The notes under the pieces were generated by a model. That model made no database searches and was not told the origin of the DNA. It saw only the letters and a program-made list of their open reading frames with translations. From the NCBI GenBank assembly GCA_963809485.1, contig CAWEJX010000010.1:1-64000 (forward strand): a DNA stretch of 64,000 bases, given 5' to 3'. This document shows, piece by piece, positions 22,292-33,044 of the stretch. Positions within the stretch are counted from its first letter, which is position 1, and every line of letters begins with the position of its first letter. The DNA is from an uncultured Acidobacteriota bacterium (GTDB taxonomy: Bacteria; Acidobacteriota; UBA6911). A program made the position numbers and the translations under genes.

Positions 22292-24703
22292 TCAGATTTT
22301 GCCGAGGGCCTTCAGTACCCGCTCTGGCGTAGCGGGATGGTGCATGATCCATTTGCCGGTCGCATTGAAAATGGCCGATACGGTGATCCCGGACATGGCA
22401 GCCCCCACGTTTTCAGCGATCCCGTATGCCCCGAAAGCAGCATACCCGAGATGGCTCTCGTTGATGAGGCAGGTAGACGCGGGGTAATCGTTCATGGTGC
22501 CGATGGGGTAATTGATTAGGTCGTAATTGAGGGCTACGCCGGTGCGCGGGCACCACACATGTTCTTCCATGCCGCTCCGGCTCAATCCCATCACGGCGCC
22601 TCCGTACTGCTGAGCTTCGGCTCCCTGGGGATTGAAGAGGTGTCCCACGTCATTAACGCAAACGATGCGTGTCACGTCCACCATGCCCGTTTCAGCGTCC
22701 ACCTCCACCTCGATAAAATGCGCCTGCCTTCCCATCACGTAAAGGTTTGTGTCCGGCTTGCCGTCCATCGTCAATCCGGTCAGGTAATCGACGACCGGAT
22801 GCGCGATGGCGGGGTCCACATCCCAGAAAATATCCGATACTTCCCGGACTGTCTTCCGGTTGCCGGGATTCGCCTTTTCGAAAACGTAGCCGTCCCGGAT
22901 ATCGAGGCCTTCAGGCTTTTTGCCAGGGAATGCGGGCGGCTGAGCAGTCTTGAAAAAATGACTCGTGTTGTAGGCGGGTGTGGGTCTTACCGCATATTGC
23001 AGGATTTTCTTTTTCAGTTCTCGCGCCGCGAGCACCAGCTGGGTCGTTATATAGGGCGTGGAGAAAGAACCTCCGGGCTGCCACATGTAAAAGCTGCTGT
23101 TGTCGGACCGGCGCTCCTGGATGACCGTATCCTCGTACCTGAGCCCGAGTTCAGAGGCCACGATGTGGCGGGCGCCGGATTCGCTGTCTACGCCCAGATC
23201 GCTTCTGACTCCCACGATCGCGACGATGCCGTTGCGAAGCATCAGGCAGGCGAAAGACATGGCCGGCTCAGGAGCCTGCCATGTCCACTCGTTGATTTGC
23301 ATAAATCCCATGCCGTGCATCTTGCCGTTGGGAAGGATCCTGGTTCCGGGAGCATGCCATTTTCTATCCCAGTCTATGGCTTTTTTCCCTTTTTCGATGA
23401 CCTCCCTGAGACTCCATCGCTGCGGGAATCCGTTTTCCTTCTGGTAGCGGGTGATCCATTCCCAGTCATGTCCCTTGCTGCCGTCGTTCTTGAGCGCGAC
23501 TTCGGTCGGATCCAGGCCGAATTCGGCGGCCACCTTGTCTGTCATGATGTTGTGCGGGACGCAGGCATGCGCACCGTGCCGCACACAGATCACGTGGCCC
23601 CTGTTGGTCAGCCCCCACTCGTAAGTGCCCCGTATATTTGGAATTTTTGAGCATTCGTAAGTCTTTTCGACCGCGGAATTCCTGGCCCCGATCGTATGCC
23701 AGTGGAAAGCGGTGATGGTCCCGTCCTTTTTTGCTCCCACTTTGCAGGTGAAGGTCCCGCAGTCATCACTCAGCACATAATGATTGCTTTCGTCGAACAG
23801 GAGCTTTACCGGCCTCCCTTCGGCCCGCCGGGCGAGTATGACGGCGAGGCGCGTGAAGCATGCGGAATACGCGAGCCAGGAAAATCCGCCAAAGTAAGAG
23901 CCCTGATAGGGCATGGTCACCGTAATCCTGGACCAGTCGGCAAGGGCGGTCACATGCTTTTCCCTCGCATCGGAAGGGTAAATCAGGAACCATTGCGGTA
24001 TGTCCTGGTGGTGAACCCAGAGATCCAGGAATTCGCCCCGCCACTGAGCCACGCAGACGGCCGGCTCGACGCCGGCCGCCGAATTCACTTCTCTTGTTAT
24101 TGTGTATTCGATGATTTTATCGGCCTCGGCGAAGCCCTTTTCTGCATTGCCATATTCCGTTTCTTCCACCACGACCGTATTCGGTTCCCGGGCCTTTGAA
24201 TTGGTGCGCTTTACTTCAGACATGATTTTGATAGTGCCGGGCTTTACCGATTCCTCCATGTCCAGGATGAAGGGCCGCTCTTCCCATTCTATCTGCATCA
24301 GTCTCAAGGCCCGGTCGCAGACCTCTTCGCTGTCGCCAACCACCGCGACTCCCATCGGATGCTGATAAAAATCGCTGGTCCCGGGGAGGGTGAGAATGTT
24401 GTAGTTGCCGGATATTTCGTACCAGGCGCCGGTTGCGCTGTCATACCGTATGTCGGGATCATCGTATTTAAGTATGTCCCTGACTCCCGGGAGGGCTTCG
24501 GCCCGGCTTGTATCGATGCTTTTTATCCTGGCATGAGCGTAAGGGGAGGTGAATATTTTGGCATACAACATGCCGGGAAGATAAATGTCCCGGGTGTAAA
24601 CGGCCTTTCCGCTTGTCCTTTCATGCGCATCCTGACGGGATATTTTTGATTTTGTTTCCTCATAGCCTTCCGGCACTTTCCAGGTCCAGGGCCGATAGTC
24701 CAT
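22292..24703 (-). CDS. Xanthine dehydrogenase/aldehyde oxidoreductase family molybdopterin-binding subunit (divergent)
   Basis: GKAVYTRDI, SPYAHARIKSID, AHFIEVEVDAETG, DVGHLFNP, PATPERVLKAL; intact frame. Confidence 0.9.
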   Translation of the reverse strand: MDYRPWTWKVPEGYEETKSKISRQDAHERTSGKAVYTRDIYLPGMLYAKIFTSPYAHARIKSIDTSRAEALPGVRDILKYDDPDIRYDSATGAWYEISGNYNILTLPGTSDFYQHPMGVAVVGDSEEVCDRALRLMQIEWEERPFILDMEESVKPGTIKIMSEVKRTNSKAREPNTVVVEETEYGNAEKGFAEADKIIEYTITREVNSAAGVEPAVCVAQWRGEFLDLWVHHQDIPQWFLIYPSDAREKHVTALADWSRITVTMPYQGSYFGGFSWLAYSACFTRLAVILARRAEGRPVKLLFDESNHYVLSDDCGTFTCKVGAKKDGTITAFHWHTIGARNSAVEKTYECSKIPNIRGTYEWGLTNRGHVICVRHGAHACVPHNIMTDKVAAEFGLDPTEVALKNDGSKGHDWEWITRYQKENGFPQRWSLREVIEKGKKAIDWDRKWHAPGTRILPNGKMHGMGFMQINEWTWQAPEPAMSFACLMLRNGIVAIVGVRSDLGVDSESGARHIVASELGLRYEDTVIQERRSDNSSFYMWQPGGSFSTPYITTQLVLAARELKKKILQYAVRPTPAYNTSHFFKTAQPPAFPGKKPEGLDIRDGYVFEKANPGNRKTVREVSDIFWDVDPAIAHPVVDYLTGLTMDGKPDTNLYVMGRQAHFIEVEVDAETGMVDVTRIVCVNDVGHLFNPQGAEAQQYGGAVMGLSRSGMEEHVWCPRTGVALNYDLINYPIGTMNDYPASTCLINESHLGYAAFGAYGIAENVGAAMSGITVSAIFNATGKWIMHHPATPERVLKALGKI

Positions 24704-24796
24704 GTTCAATCCCCCCCTCAATTTCAAGGCAACCCGCCCAAGCGGTCCCCGCATTTTGGGCGCCCCAAAATCGGCGGTGCAATTGCCTTTTTCTCA

Positions 24797-26242
24797 TCAG
24801 TGAGTCCCGAACAGGATGGCTCCCTGCTTGAGGAGTATGTCCTGCAGTTCGGTTACGTCCTCCTCGAGTTTGCGGGGAGTGATGCCTCTCGGGGCACACA
24901 ACGCCGCCGCCACTCCGGCGGCCTGCCCGGTCACCATGGTTTCCTGCAGGAACCTGGCGTAAGAATCCCTGTCGGTCGAGATCGCTTTGCCTCCCACCAG
25001 AAGGTTTTCGACATCCTTCGGCACAAGGCAACGATAGGGGATATCGTAAGATCCCCCGTCTTTAGGATACACAATGCCTTCATAGGAAATCGTATCTTTT
25101 GTCGCCACGTGTTTGGCGCCGGACGAAAAAGAGCTCTTTCCGATAACATCCTTGAATTTTCTGGCTTCAGCAACGTCCTCCTTACAGAGGATATAGTCCC
25201 CGATGATTCTTCGGCTTTCGCGAATTCTCAGTTCGCTGCAGATCCTTGTAAGATAGGCTTTTTCAAATCCGGGCATGTACTTGTTGATAAATTTCAGCGC
25301 CATAACCACCTGTTTGCGGCATTCGATTTCACAGAAGGTCAGGTCGCGGACGTCCGTGGGATCGGCATTGCCGACCTGGGACGAGTGCTGGAACAGAGCC
25401 TGGAATACGCCGTGGTCTCTGGGCATGATGAAAAATCCGACACCGCTGTAAGGGTGCCACTCCCCTTGCGCCAAAGCTTTGTCTCTCAAAGAGTAGAATC
25501 CCATGAAATTGCTGATCTCGGTGATGTCTTTCACCTGGCGGATCCGCTCGACGATCTGTTCCCGAGTCCAGTTCAAGTAGGGATGCGTCATGGGATTGAA
25601 TTCGTATTCGGCAGTGTCCTTCACATACTGCAGAACCTTGTCCCAGTTCACGCCGTCGACCGCAAAGGAAATGGTGTGAGGCTCCAGTTCCTCTTTCGGC
25701 ACCTGTTCATAAGGAGCGCCCGCCATCGCCGCAACGAAACCCTCGCCGGTGCAGTCGATAACGACCTTGCCCATCACGGCCTGCCTGCCTGAGGGATTTT
25801 CCACCACGACGCCTCTCACGGCATTTCCTTCCTTCAAAACCTCGACGGCCAGGGAATGCAAAAGCAGGTGCACTCCGTTCTCGGTCATCATCTCAAAAAC
25901 CAGCAGCCCCCAGTAATCGGGGTCCACCAGCGAAAAGCTATATCCTATTCGGAAATCGGGTGTGGTATGGGGCAGCGCATGGCCCTCCCTGAGCAGCCTG
26001 CTGTGCGTTTCTTCCATGATACCGCCGATTATCTGTTCGCCGCGGGGATTGAACATGTATGCGTAGGCGAAGCCGGGCGGCCCGGAGATATTCATTTGGC
26101 CGCCAAGTGCGCCGAGTCGCTCAATCAGGATTGTGCGGGCGCCGGCCCGGGCGGCCGCTATCGCCGCGGCTATCCCTGAAGTCCCTCCGCCGGCAACCAC
26201 AATATCGTATTCCCCGTAAATTTCCATAATAGGGTTCCCCAT
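24797..26242 (-). CDS. FAD-dependent oxidoreductase (FAD_oxidored family)
   Basis: VAGGGTSGIAAAIAAAR, VIDCTGEG, IRESRRIIG, YDIPYRCLVP, GQAAGVAAAL. Confidence 0.9.
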   Translation of the reverse strand: MGNPIMEIYGEYDIVVAGGGTSGIAAAIAAARAGARTILIERLGALGGQMNISGPPGFAYAYMFNPRGEQIIGGIMEETHSRLLREGHALPHTTPDFRIGYSFSLVDPDYWGLLVFEMMTENGVHLLLHSLAVEVLKEGNAVRGVVVENPSGRQAVMGKVVIDCTGEGFVAAMAGAPYEQVPKEELEPHTISFAVDGVNWDKVLQYVKDTAEYEFNPMTHPYLNWTREQIVERIRQVKDITEISNFMGFYSLRDKALAQGEWHPYSGVGFFIMPRDHGVFQALFQHSSQVGNADPTDVRDLTFCEIECRKQVVMALKFINKYMPGFEKAYLTRICSELRIRESRRIIGDYILCKEDVAEARKFKDVIGKSSFSSGAKHVATKDTISYEGIVYPKDGGSYDIPYRCLVPKDVENLLVGGKAISTDRDSYARFLQETMVTGQAAGVAAALCAPRGITPRKLEEDVTELQDILLKQGAILFGTH

Positions 26243-26272
26243 TCCTTTACGTTTCCGCTTTATAGGATCCGC

Positions 26273-27985
26273 CTATCTTCGAAATTCTTCTATACTCCGG
26301 GCCGCCGTGCCGTCGGGCAACACGACCGGCCGGACGATTCCCTCACTGTGCAACGCCCAGGGGATGATTACGCCCGAATGCCCGCCCCGGCCGCCGACAA
26401 CCACGACCTCGATGTCCTGCGGGGTGCGGGTTACGGGCATGGGGTGCCTGTCGGCAAATTCCGCCGGGCGGACGGGAACCAGGCCGCGGTTCCTCACCAT
26501 GGGCACGTCGTGAACCGCGCGGAGGTGTATGTGTTCCCGGATCATGTCCTTGGTGTAACCGGAGTTTTTGAGCATCATTCCGTGGTCGGGGGTAAGTACC
26601 AGCACGAGCGGGCCGGGAATATAGGCATTATTGGATCCCAGGGTGGTGCAACAGTCCGTGATCGTGTCGAGAAGGTCATGACCGTTTAGACTCAGAAAAT
26701 CGATGATATCGTGCTGAGGTTCGGCCTTCAGAACATAGACTGTTGTGGTTCTTGCGTCATAGCGCTCTTCGTTAATCATCTTCCATTGGGCCAGTGAGGA
26801 TTCTTCGGCGAAGCAATAGGTGAACTCCGCCTGGGATGCGATGCAATCAAGGTCACAGACGCCTGGCACTGCACGGCAGACATCCAGGATGACCAGATTG
26901 ACGGCCCGGCCGATAGTTGCATTCGCCGGGTAGCCGGGGCCCAGGCAGCCCTGCTTGCCCGATATGCCGATTTCCTGGGCAATGGGCCCGCTGACCAGGA
27001 CCATGTTCCCGCCTGGGTGGGATGTAGTGACCGACTGAAGCAGGTTGTATTTGGGGTCCGCCAAGGCCCTGAATACTGCTACCAGGACAGGAATCGCCGT
27101 GGGTTTGCAGCCGGCCATCACGGAAGCGATTGCGACGTCCCTTACGGTGATGTCCTTTCCCGTGGGCCCGACTTCACGGCAGATCACCATTTCTGCATCG
27201 AACGGGCAATAGGCCAACATCTTTGCCAGGCGGGACTTCGTCGGCGGTATGACCGGAAGCCCATCCCCTATGTGTTCACGGTCGAGGAAATCCATGATTT
27301 CTTCCATGTAGCCGCCGGGCTCATAGAGCCTGTCCTCGGAGATTTCGATCGCATTGGTGACGGGCAACAATCCGTTTTTTGCGGGAGGGACCAGGTCCAT
27401 TTTGAAATCGATGTGGGCGACCCCGCTGATTTTTCCCGGGTGCGCTGTGAGGGAATCAATGATGTAATCCCATTTTTTGTCTATTTCCTGCCGCACCTCT
27501 TCCTCCGTGCTGGCCTGGTAGATATCGATTTTGCACAGGCACAGTTGGCCTGCCCGGTACACCGCGACGCCTTCCACCAGGTCGCCGCCCGGGGGCGCCG
27601 TGATGTAAACGCTGGGGATGCCCAGTTTTTCCAGGGCAATGGTTACGATGCAGGTAGCCGGCGAGGTGCCCATGTCCCCCAGGGCAACTACTGCTGCGGC
27701 CGGTTTTTCCCCTGCCAGCATGGCCGCGTATTTCTCCAGGGCGGCGGTGTCCTTGCCGCGGACAGTTTCCCGGTAATCCACGAAATTGCCGATCCCCATT
27801 TCGCGGAAACGCTCCTTGATGCGGACAAATGTCTGGCCGTAGTTGCAGAAGCTCAGTTTGGTATTGTTGTAAAACAGGATTTTACCCTTCTTTAGGTCTT
27901 CAATGCTGACTCGGGGTGCCAGGTCTATGATGGGCCGCTCCTGCCATCCGCGCGGGTCCACCAGGGGATCTAATTTTCTATTCAT
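26273..27985 (-). CDS. UGSC-family thioredoxin-like domain fused to DGLPxxPPT-type partner domain
   Basis: N-terminal LAPR...NNTK...ALGDMGTSPATC...LEKLGIPSV; C-terminal GDGLPVIPPT, VMAGCKP, ANATIGRAVNL, CFAEE, DIEVVVVGG. Confidence 0.7.
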   Translation of the reverse strand: MNRKLDPLVDPRGWQERPIIDLAPRVSIEDLKKGKILFYNNTKLSFCNYGQTFVRIKERFREMGIGNFVDYRETVRGKDTAALEKYAAMLAGEKPAAAVVALGDMGTSPATCIVTIALEKLGIPSVYITAPPGGDLVEGVAVYRAGQLCLCKIDIYQASTEEEVRQEIDKKWDYIIDSLTAHPGKISGVAHIDFKMDLVPPAKNGLLPVTNAIEISEDRLYEPGGYMEEIMDFLDREHIGDGLPVIPPTKSRLAKMLAYCPFDAEMVICREVGPTGKDITVRDVAIASVMAGCKPTAIPVLVAVFRALADPKYNLLQSVTTSHPGGNMVLVSGPIAQEIGISGKQGCLGPGYPANATIGRAVNLVILDVCRAVPGVCDLDCIASQAEFTYCFAEESSLAQWKMINEERYDARTTTVYVLKAEPQHDIIDFLSLNGHDLLDTITDCCTTLGSNNAYIPGPLVLVLTPDHGMMLKNSGYTKDMIREHIHLRAVHDVPMVRNRGLVPVRPAEFADRHPMPVTRTPQDIEVVVVGGRGGHSGVIIPWALHSEGIVRPVVLPDGTAARSIEEFRR

Positions 27986-28022
27986 TAGCGATTCACTCCC
28001 ATCGATCGGAAAACGCTATAAA

Positions 28023-28048
28023 TATTGCCAGATTTGGAGTTGGCAATA
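28023..28048. promoter_or_regulatory. Candidate operator palindrome upstream of the UGSC gene
   Basis: TATTGCCA-N10-TGGCAATA, about 40 nt upstream of the start codon. Confidence 0.4.
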
Positions 28049-28150
28049 AAATAGCCGCGCCTGCGCCGTGTTGTCCCGCAGGTGCGGCCATCCTAAGTTC
28101 AGCCGCAGGATTGGTCAAGAAAAATCAAAATGGGAATGGGTCGGACAAAT

Positions 28151-28296
28151 GGGAAATTATGGACACCCACCTATTGAGGGAATTATAGGGAATTATGGAC
28201 ACCCACCAGTGGAACCCACCAGTTGGGCCCCAGTAGAAATTATGGAAATTATGGACACCCACCTATTGCCCCCACCTATTGCCCACCTATTGAGGG
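28151..28296. repeat. Irregular direct-repeat cluster
   Basis: AATTATGGACACCCACC at 28155, 28191 and 28247; CCCACCTATTG four times. Confidence 0.8.
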
Positions 28297-28415
28297 TTTC
28301 AGATCTCAGGACACCGAATGCAATTGGAGTCCCAGAACTGATACTCTAACAATAGATATGCGGCGCATGCGGCGGCAGAAGAAGCGGGAAGGAGGGGGCT
28401 CTGTCCTCCCCGGTA

Positions 28416-30759
28416 TTATTCCACCATTCCCTGAATGGCTCGCTTTACAAGCGTCCTGGCGATTTTCACCTTATAGGAGTTCATGCTGAGCGGCCGCGCT
28501 CCGGCAAGCGCCAGTTCTGCAGCATTTGTGGCCGCCGCCTCATCTATGGGTTTGCCCCTGAGAGCAGCCTCGGCGGTTTTAGCCCGGACCGGAGACGGAG
28601 CTACCGCGCCCAGCGTTATGCGGGCATCCGAACAGACCCCGTTCTTCAAAGTGATTACAGAAGCGACACTTACGAGGGCAAAATCGATCGGCTTTCTCAA
28701 TGTAAATTTGGCGTAGGCTTGCCTTGCCCCCTTCGGGGGCTTGGGAACGCGGACCTCCCTGATCAGTTCATCGGTTTCGAGCACCGTGGAACTGGTAGCC
28801 GTTGCGGTGAAGAACTCACGAGCCGGGAGAGTTTTCTTTGTCGTAACGATTGTAGCCTCCAGAGCTACGAGAGCTATCGCCAGATCGGAGGGGCCGATTG
28901 CCGGGCACCCGCAGTTAATGCACCGCTGCGCTTCGGTCTCGATTTCCGCCGGACTGAAGCCAGGGATATCTTCGCTTGCCAGGCTCCGGATCCGTTCATC
29001 GGCCGGCAACTCCAAAGTTTTGACGCGAGCAATGTTTCGGAAAGAGGACTCGGGATATTGCGGCTCAATCTGGACCAGTTTGGCCTGGGACCGGCCGCCC
29101 AGCAGCCGCTCGATCTCGCCGGCAATTTTATGTGCGGAAGCCACAGCCTGGATCACTGTGGATGGCCCTTCAACCATATCTCCCCCGGCAAAAACTCCCT
29201 CTTCCGGAGCCAGGGGCAAAGGATCGGCCGCTTGCCCGATAGCAACGATAACGCTGTCACCCTGCAGGCTCATGGAAGGGGAATCTGCATCGTACTGCGG
29301 ATTAAACCTGCCGTCAGGCTCACGTACCGAGATGCACCGAATGGTTTCAATGCCCCTGGTCCTGCTGTTTTCCCGGATGATTTCCCGGATACCCAGGCAC
29401 GGATGAATGACGATTCCCTCTTCCTCGGCTTCCAGAATTTCCGGATCCAGGGCCGGCATCCTGTCTTTGGAAGCAAGCTCGCGGGTTTCGAGACAGACGA
29501 GGTGCACCTCGTCGGCACCGGTTCTTCTGGCAGTCCGGGCCGCGTCGATAGCGACACTCCCTCCGCCGATCACAATCACTTTCCGGCCGAGTGGAACAGT
29601 TTCTCGCCGGAATTGATTCTTTTGAGGTATTCGATGCGCATAATGGACGCCCTGGGCATCTTCACCCGGCACTCCCAGTTTCAGGCTCCGCCAGGTTCCG
29701 CCGGCAATGAAAACAGCGTCGGAATCCGATCGGATTCTTGGCGGCAAGCTCTCCGCTTATGTGAAGGCCGGTTTCGAAATCGAATGCCCATGCCCTGCAT
29801 GGCCCGAATTTGTTTCCGGACCACTTCTTTGGGCAGGCGATAGGGAGGGATGCTGTACAGCAAGCATTCCGCCCGGGCTCGGGCAGCTTTTCGTATACGG
29901 TCACCTGGTGGCCGGATTTCCTGAGATAGAATGCCGCTGCCAGTCCGGCAGGCCCGGAACCGACAATTGCGACTTTTTTGCCGGATTCGGTCTCAGGCGG
30001 AGCGAAATATTCCGCCGCATGGTCCAGGATATAGTCGCCCACTCCGCGCTCGACGCTGTGGATGGCAACGGGATCGTCGTATTCGCTGCGGTTGCAGTGC
30101 GGCTCGCAAATATCGGGCAGACCCTTCCGGTGATGGCGGGAAGGGGATTGTAATGCGATCAGCATGCGCGCCGCTTCGGCAATATTGCTTCCCGCGGATC
30201 AGCCGCAGGTATCCGGGGATATCGACATGTGCCGGGCAATGGCTGGCGCAACGGCCGGTCGGATGCCGGTGCGGCGCCGAAAATGGAGTGATAGCGGTTA
30301 TCGCCCAGAAGCGCGCTGCAGGTTTTGCCGCCCTTGCGCAGGCAGACTATCGGGCCCGCCGATCTGCTGCGGATACCGGTAATACCAGCAGCGGACATCC
30401 TGTGCGAGGTTGCCGCCGAGCGTGGCCATGTTTCTGAGTATTGGGGCTGCCGACCGAATGTGCGGCTTCGGCGAAGAAGTGTGTAGTCCTGCCTGATCAC
30501 CGGTGATTTGACGATATCGGCCAGTTTGGCAAGCGCCCCTATTCTTAATCCCTTTATTCCCGGCCTTGATGTAGTCAAGATTCGGAATCGTTTTGATATT
30601 GATCAAAACGCTTCGGGTACTCGGCGAGGTCAATGATCCCTCAGCTCGCCGAGAAGATCGGTGCCTCCCGGCATTGACCCTGGCTTTCCCGTTGTATTTT
30701 GACAGCAGAGATGCCGCCTGCTTGAGCGATCGGGCATTGTGGTGTTGGAAGGTTTTCAT
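28416..30759 (-). CDS. PaoB/CoxM-like FAD subunit with inserted GltD/PreT-like FeS-flavin oxidoreductase, frameshifted
   Basis: LRNMATLGGNLAQDVRCWYYR...CLRKGGKTC...NRYHSIFG; then CPAHVDIPGY, CEPHCNR, GSGPAGL, IGGGSVAID, FAGGD, EAQRCINCG; then CPAIGPSDLA, LRKPIDFA, LGAVAP, NSYKV. Confidence 0.8.
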
Positions 30760-33040
30760 TGTGCGCCTCCTTTCGAGAGGGCCTTGAGGACTCGATCCGG
30801 AGTCACAGGATATTGATAGAGCCATGCTCCGATGGCGTTGGATGCTGCCATGCAGCGTGGCGAAGGTCCCGGAGATGTGGTGATTTCGGCAATTCCCACG
30901 GCGTGAAACGATGGCTCGGGAAAGGCGTTTCGAGAACAACATTTTGAACGGCCGGCAATTCTGCAAACGTCCGCCATTTGTAGTCGATCAGGTTGGCGTT
31001 GACGATGTGCCCGTCCGCCGGTCGATGGATGGTCTCCTCGAAGATGGCGCTGTCGATGCCGGCGGAACCCCAGCAGGCGTTGAGCTGGCCTTCGAGACCC
31101 GGCGGATCAATGATCTGTCCGATATCGGTGGCATTGACCACCCGCAACAAGTCCACCTTGCCCGGTTTCGACATCCGACTTCAACCTCGACAAAAGCACA
31201 TCAGGCAATTGCACATCGTGAAATCGGATTCAAACCGTCCGTAGCCGAGAATGGTCCGGTCGTTGCCCATGACATCGCCACTTGATTCCCTTGTCCGGCT
31301 GGCCCTTTCACAAAGATGACTCCGTCCGCCGTATCGAGATCTTCGGGATCCGCGCCAAGTTTCGGCGCCGCCATCTCGAGCAGTTTCCGTTTGGCATCTT
31401 CCGCCGCATTGATCACGGCGCTTCCGATAGCATAGGTTCCTCTGGAACCGACCGGACCAAATTCATAAGGAGTTACCAGGGTGTCGGCCGGGGACATTTC
31501 AATCCGCTCGGGCGGGATCTGAAGAACTTCTGCGGCCATTTTGATGTAATTGGATTTCTGGCCGGTCCCGAATTCCGCCACGCAGAGGAAAATCGTGGCG
31601 GTACCGTTATAGCCGAGCTGCACGTAAGCTTCCGCCGTGTCTTCGCCGATATCGGCATTCCCGTGGATCGCCCACTCCGACACCGCGGCGTTTGGGACCG
31701 CTCGACGGCAGTCGGCTTCAGCCAGCCTTTCCATTTGTCTTTCCAGCCGAAAGCTTCGGCGCCCTGATCCATGGCCTTGGAAAAATCCACTCCCCTGATG
31801 TCGTACCACTCGCCGTCGCGCCAGTAATAGCCTCCGCCCGGCTTGACGAAGTTTTTCTTCATACACATCGAACGGATCGAGACCGGCTTTTTCCATCGCC
31901 AGATTCAGGATGGGGATTAAAGGCACACTCCAGTTCCTGGCCGCCGAATCCCCTGGTTGAACCGGAAGCGTTGCGATTGGTCGCGACGATAGTGTTCTTG
32001 AGATCCCAGTTGGGACACTGGACCATGATCATCAGTTCGCCGGCGCCGACAGCCACCTGGCATTGCGTCGTGGAGGAATAATAGCCGGTATCGACGTACC
32101 AGGTGCCCTGGATGGCCGTGATGGTTCCGTCCTTTTTCATCCCGACTCTTCGCATGGATGCGGGATCCGATGCGCAGGGTGAAGTTGGCCATGTGCTCTT
32201 CTTTGGTAAACATGACTTTGACCGGCCGTCCGCGTGGCCCGGGCCAGGATGATGGCATAGGCTTGAACCTGCCAGCACATGAACTTGGTGCCGAAGCTGC
32301 CGCCGACATGATGCCCGATGCTGCGGATTTCCAATTCCCGGTTGAATACGTGAAATAGCGTGACCTTGTCCATATACGGCGCCTGGCTGGTCCCATAAAT
32401 CGTGGCCCTGTTGGGCGGTTCCCAAAATGCGACGGCGCCGACGGCTTCGGCCGGCAGAGCATTGGGCATGTTTTCGTATCCGAAGGTGCCTTCGGTGATG
32501 ACGTCGGCTTCGGCAAATCCCTTGTCGACATCGCCGCGAACCACGCCCTGAAGGCAGTTTGGGCCCGTAGATGGGCGTGCCGCCGGGAATGATATTGTTT
32601 TTGAGTTCTTCATAAAGAAGCGGAGCATCCGGTTTAAGCGCGGAATCGATGTCGAAGACCGCCGGCAGGACTTCGTATTCCACGTCGATCAGGCTGAAGG
32701 CTTCTTCGGCAATCTGCTCCGAAGTCGCCGCGACGAGAGCAACTGACATCTCCCACATACCGGACTTTTTTGTCCAGCACGCGGACAATGCGGGGAGTGC
32801 CGCCTCTCCAGTCCGGGATGTCTTCCCACGTAACCACGGCTTTCACGCCCGGCAGCGCTTCCGCTTTGCTCTTGTCGATCTTTTCTGATGATTGGCGTGC
32901 GCATGAGGGCTTCGCAAAACTTTGCCGTAGAGCAGGTTCGGGAATTTCAGATCGTCCATGAAACGAGCGGTTCCGGTGACAATTTCGGCGGCATCCCGCC
33001 GGGGCAGATGCTTGCCGATGTATCTGTAGTCCTTGCCCAT
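30756..33040 (-). CDS. Second xanthine dehydrogenase family molybdopterin-binding subunit, heavily frameshifted
   Basis: VTGTARFMDD, RSPHAHA, GGSFGTK, TRGFGGQE, EFGTGQ, GPVGSRGT, DIGQIIDP, VGIAEIT, YPVTPDRVLKAL. Confidence 0.85.
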
Positions 33041-33044
33041 AGCG

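Noticed and set aside
28151-28296. Possible CRISPR array
   Set aside because: Repeat is only 17 nt, spacing is irregular, spacers are built from repeat fragments and there are no cas genes
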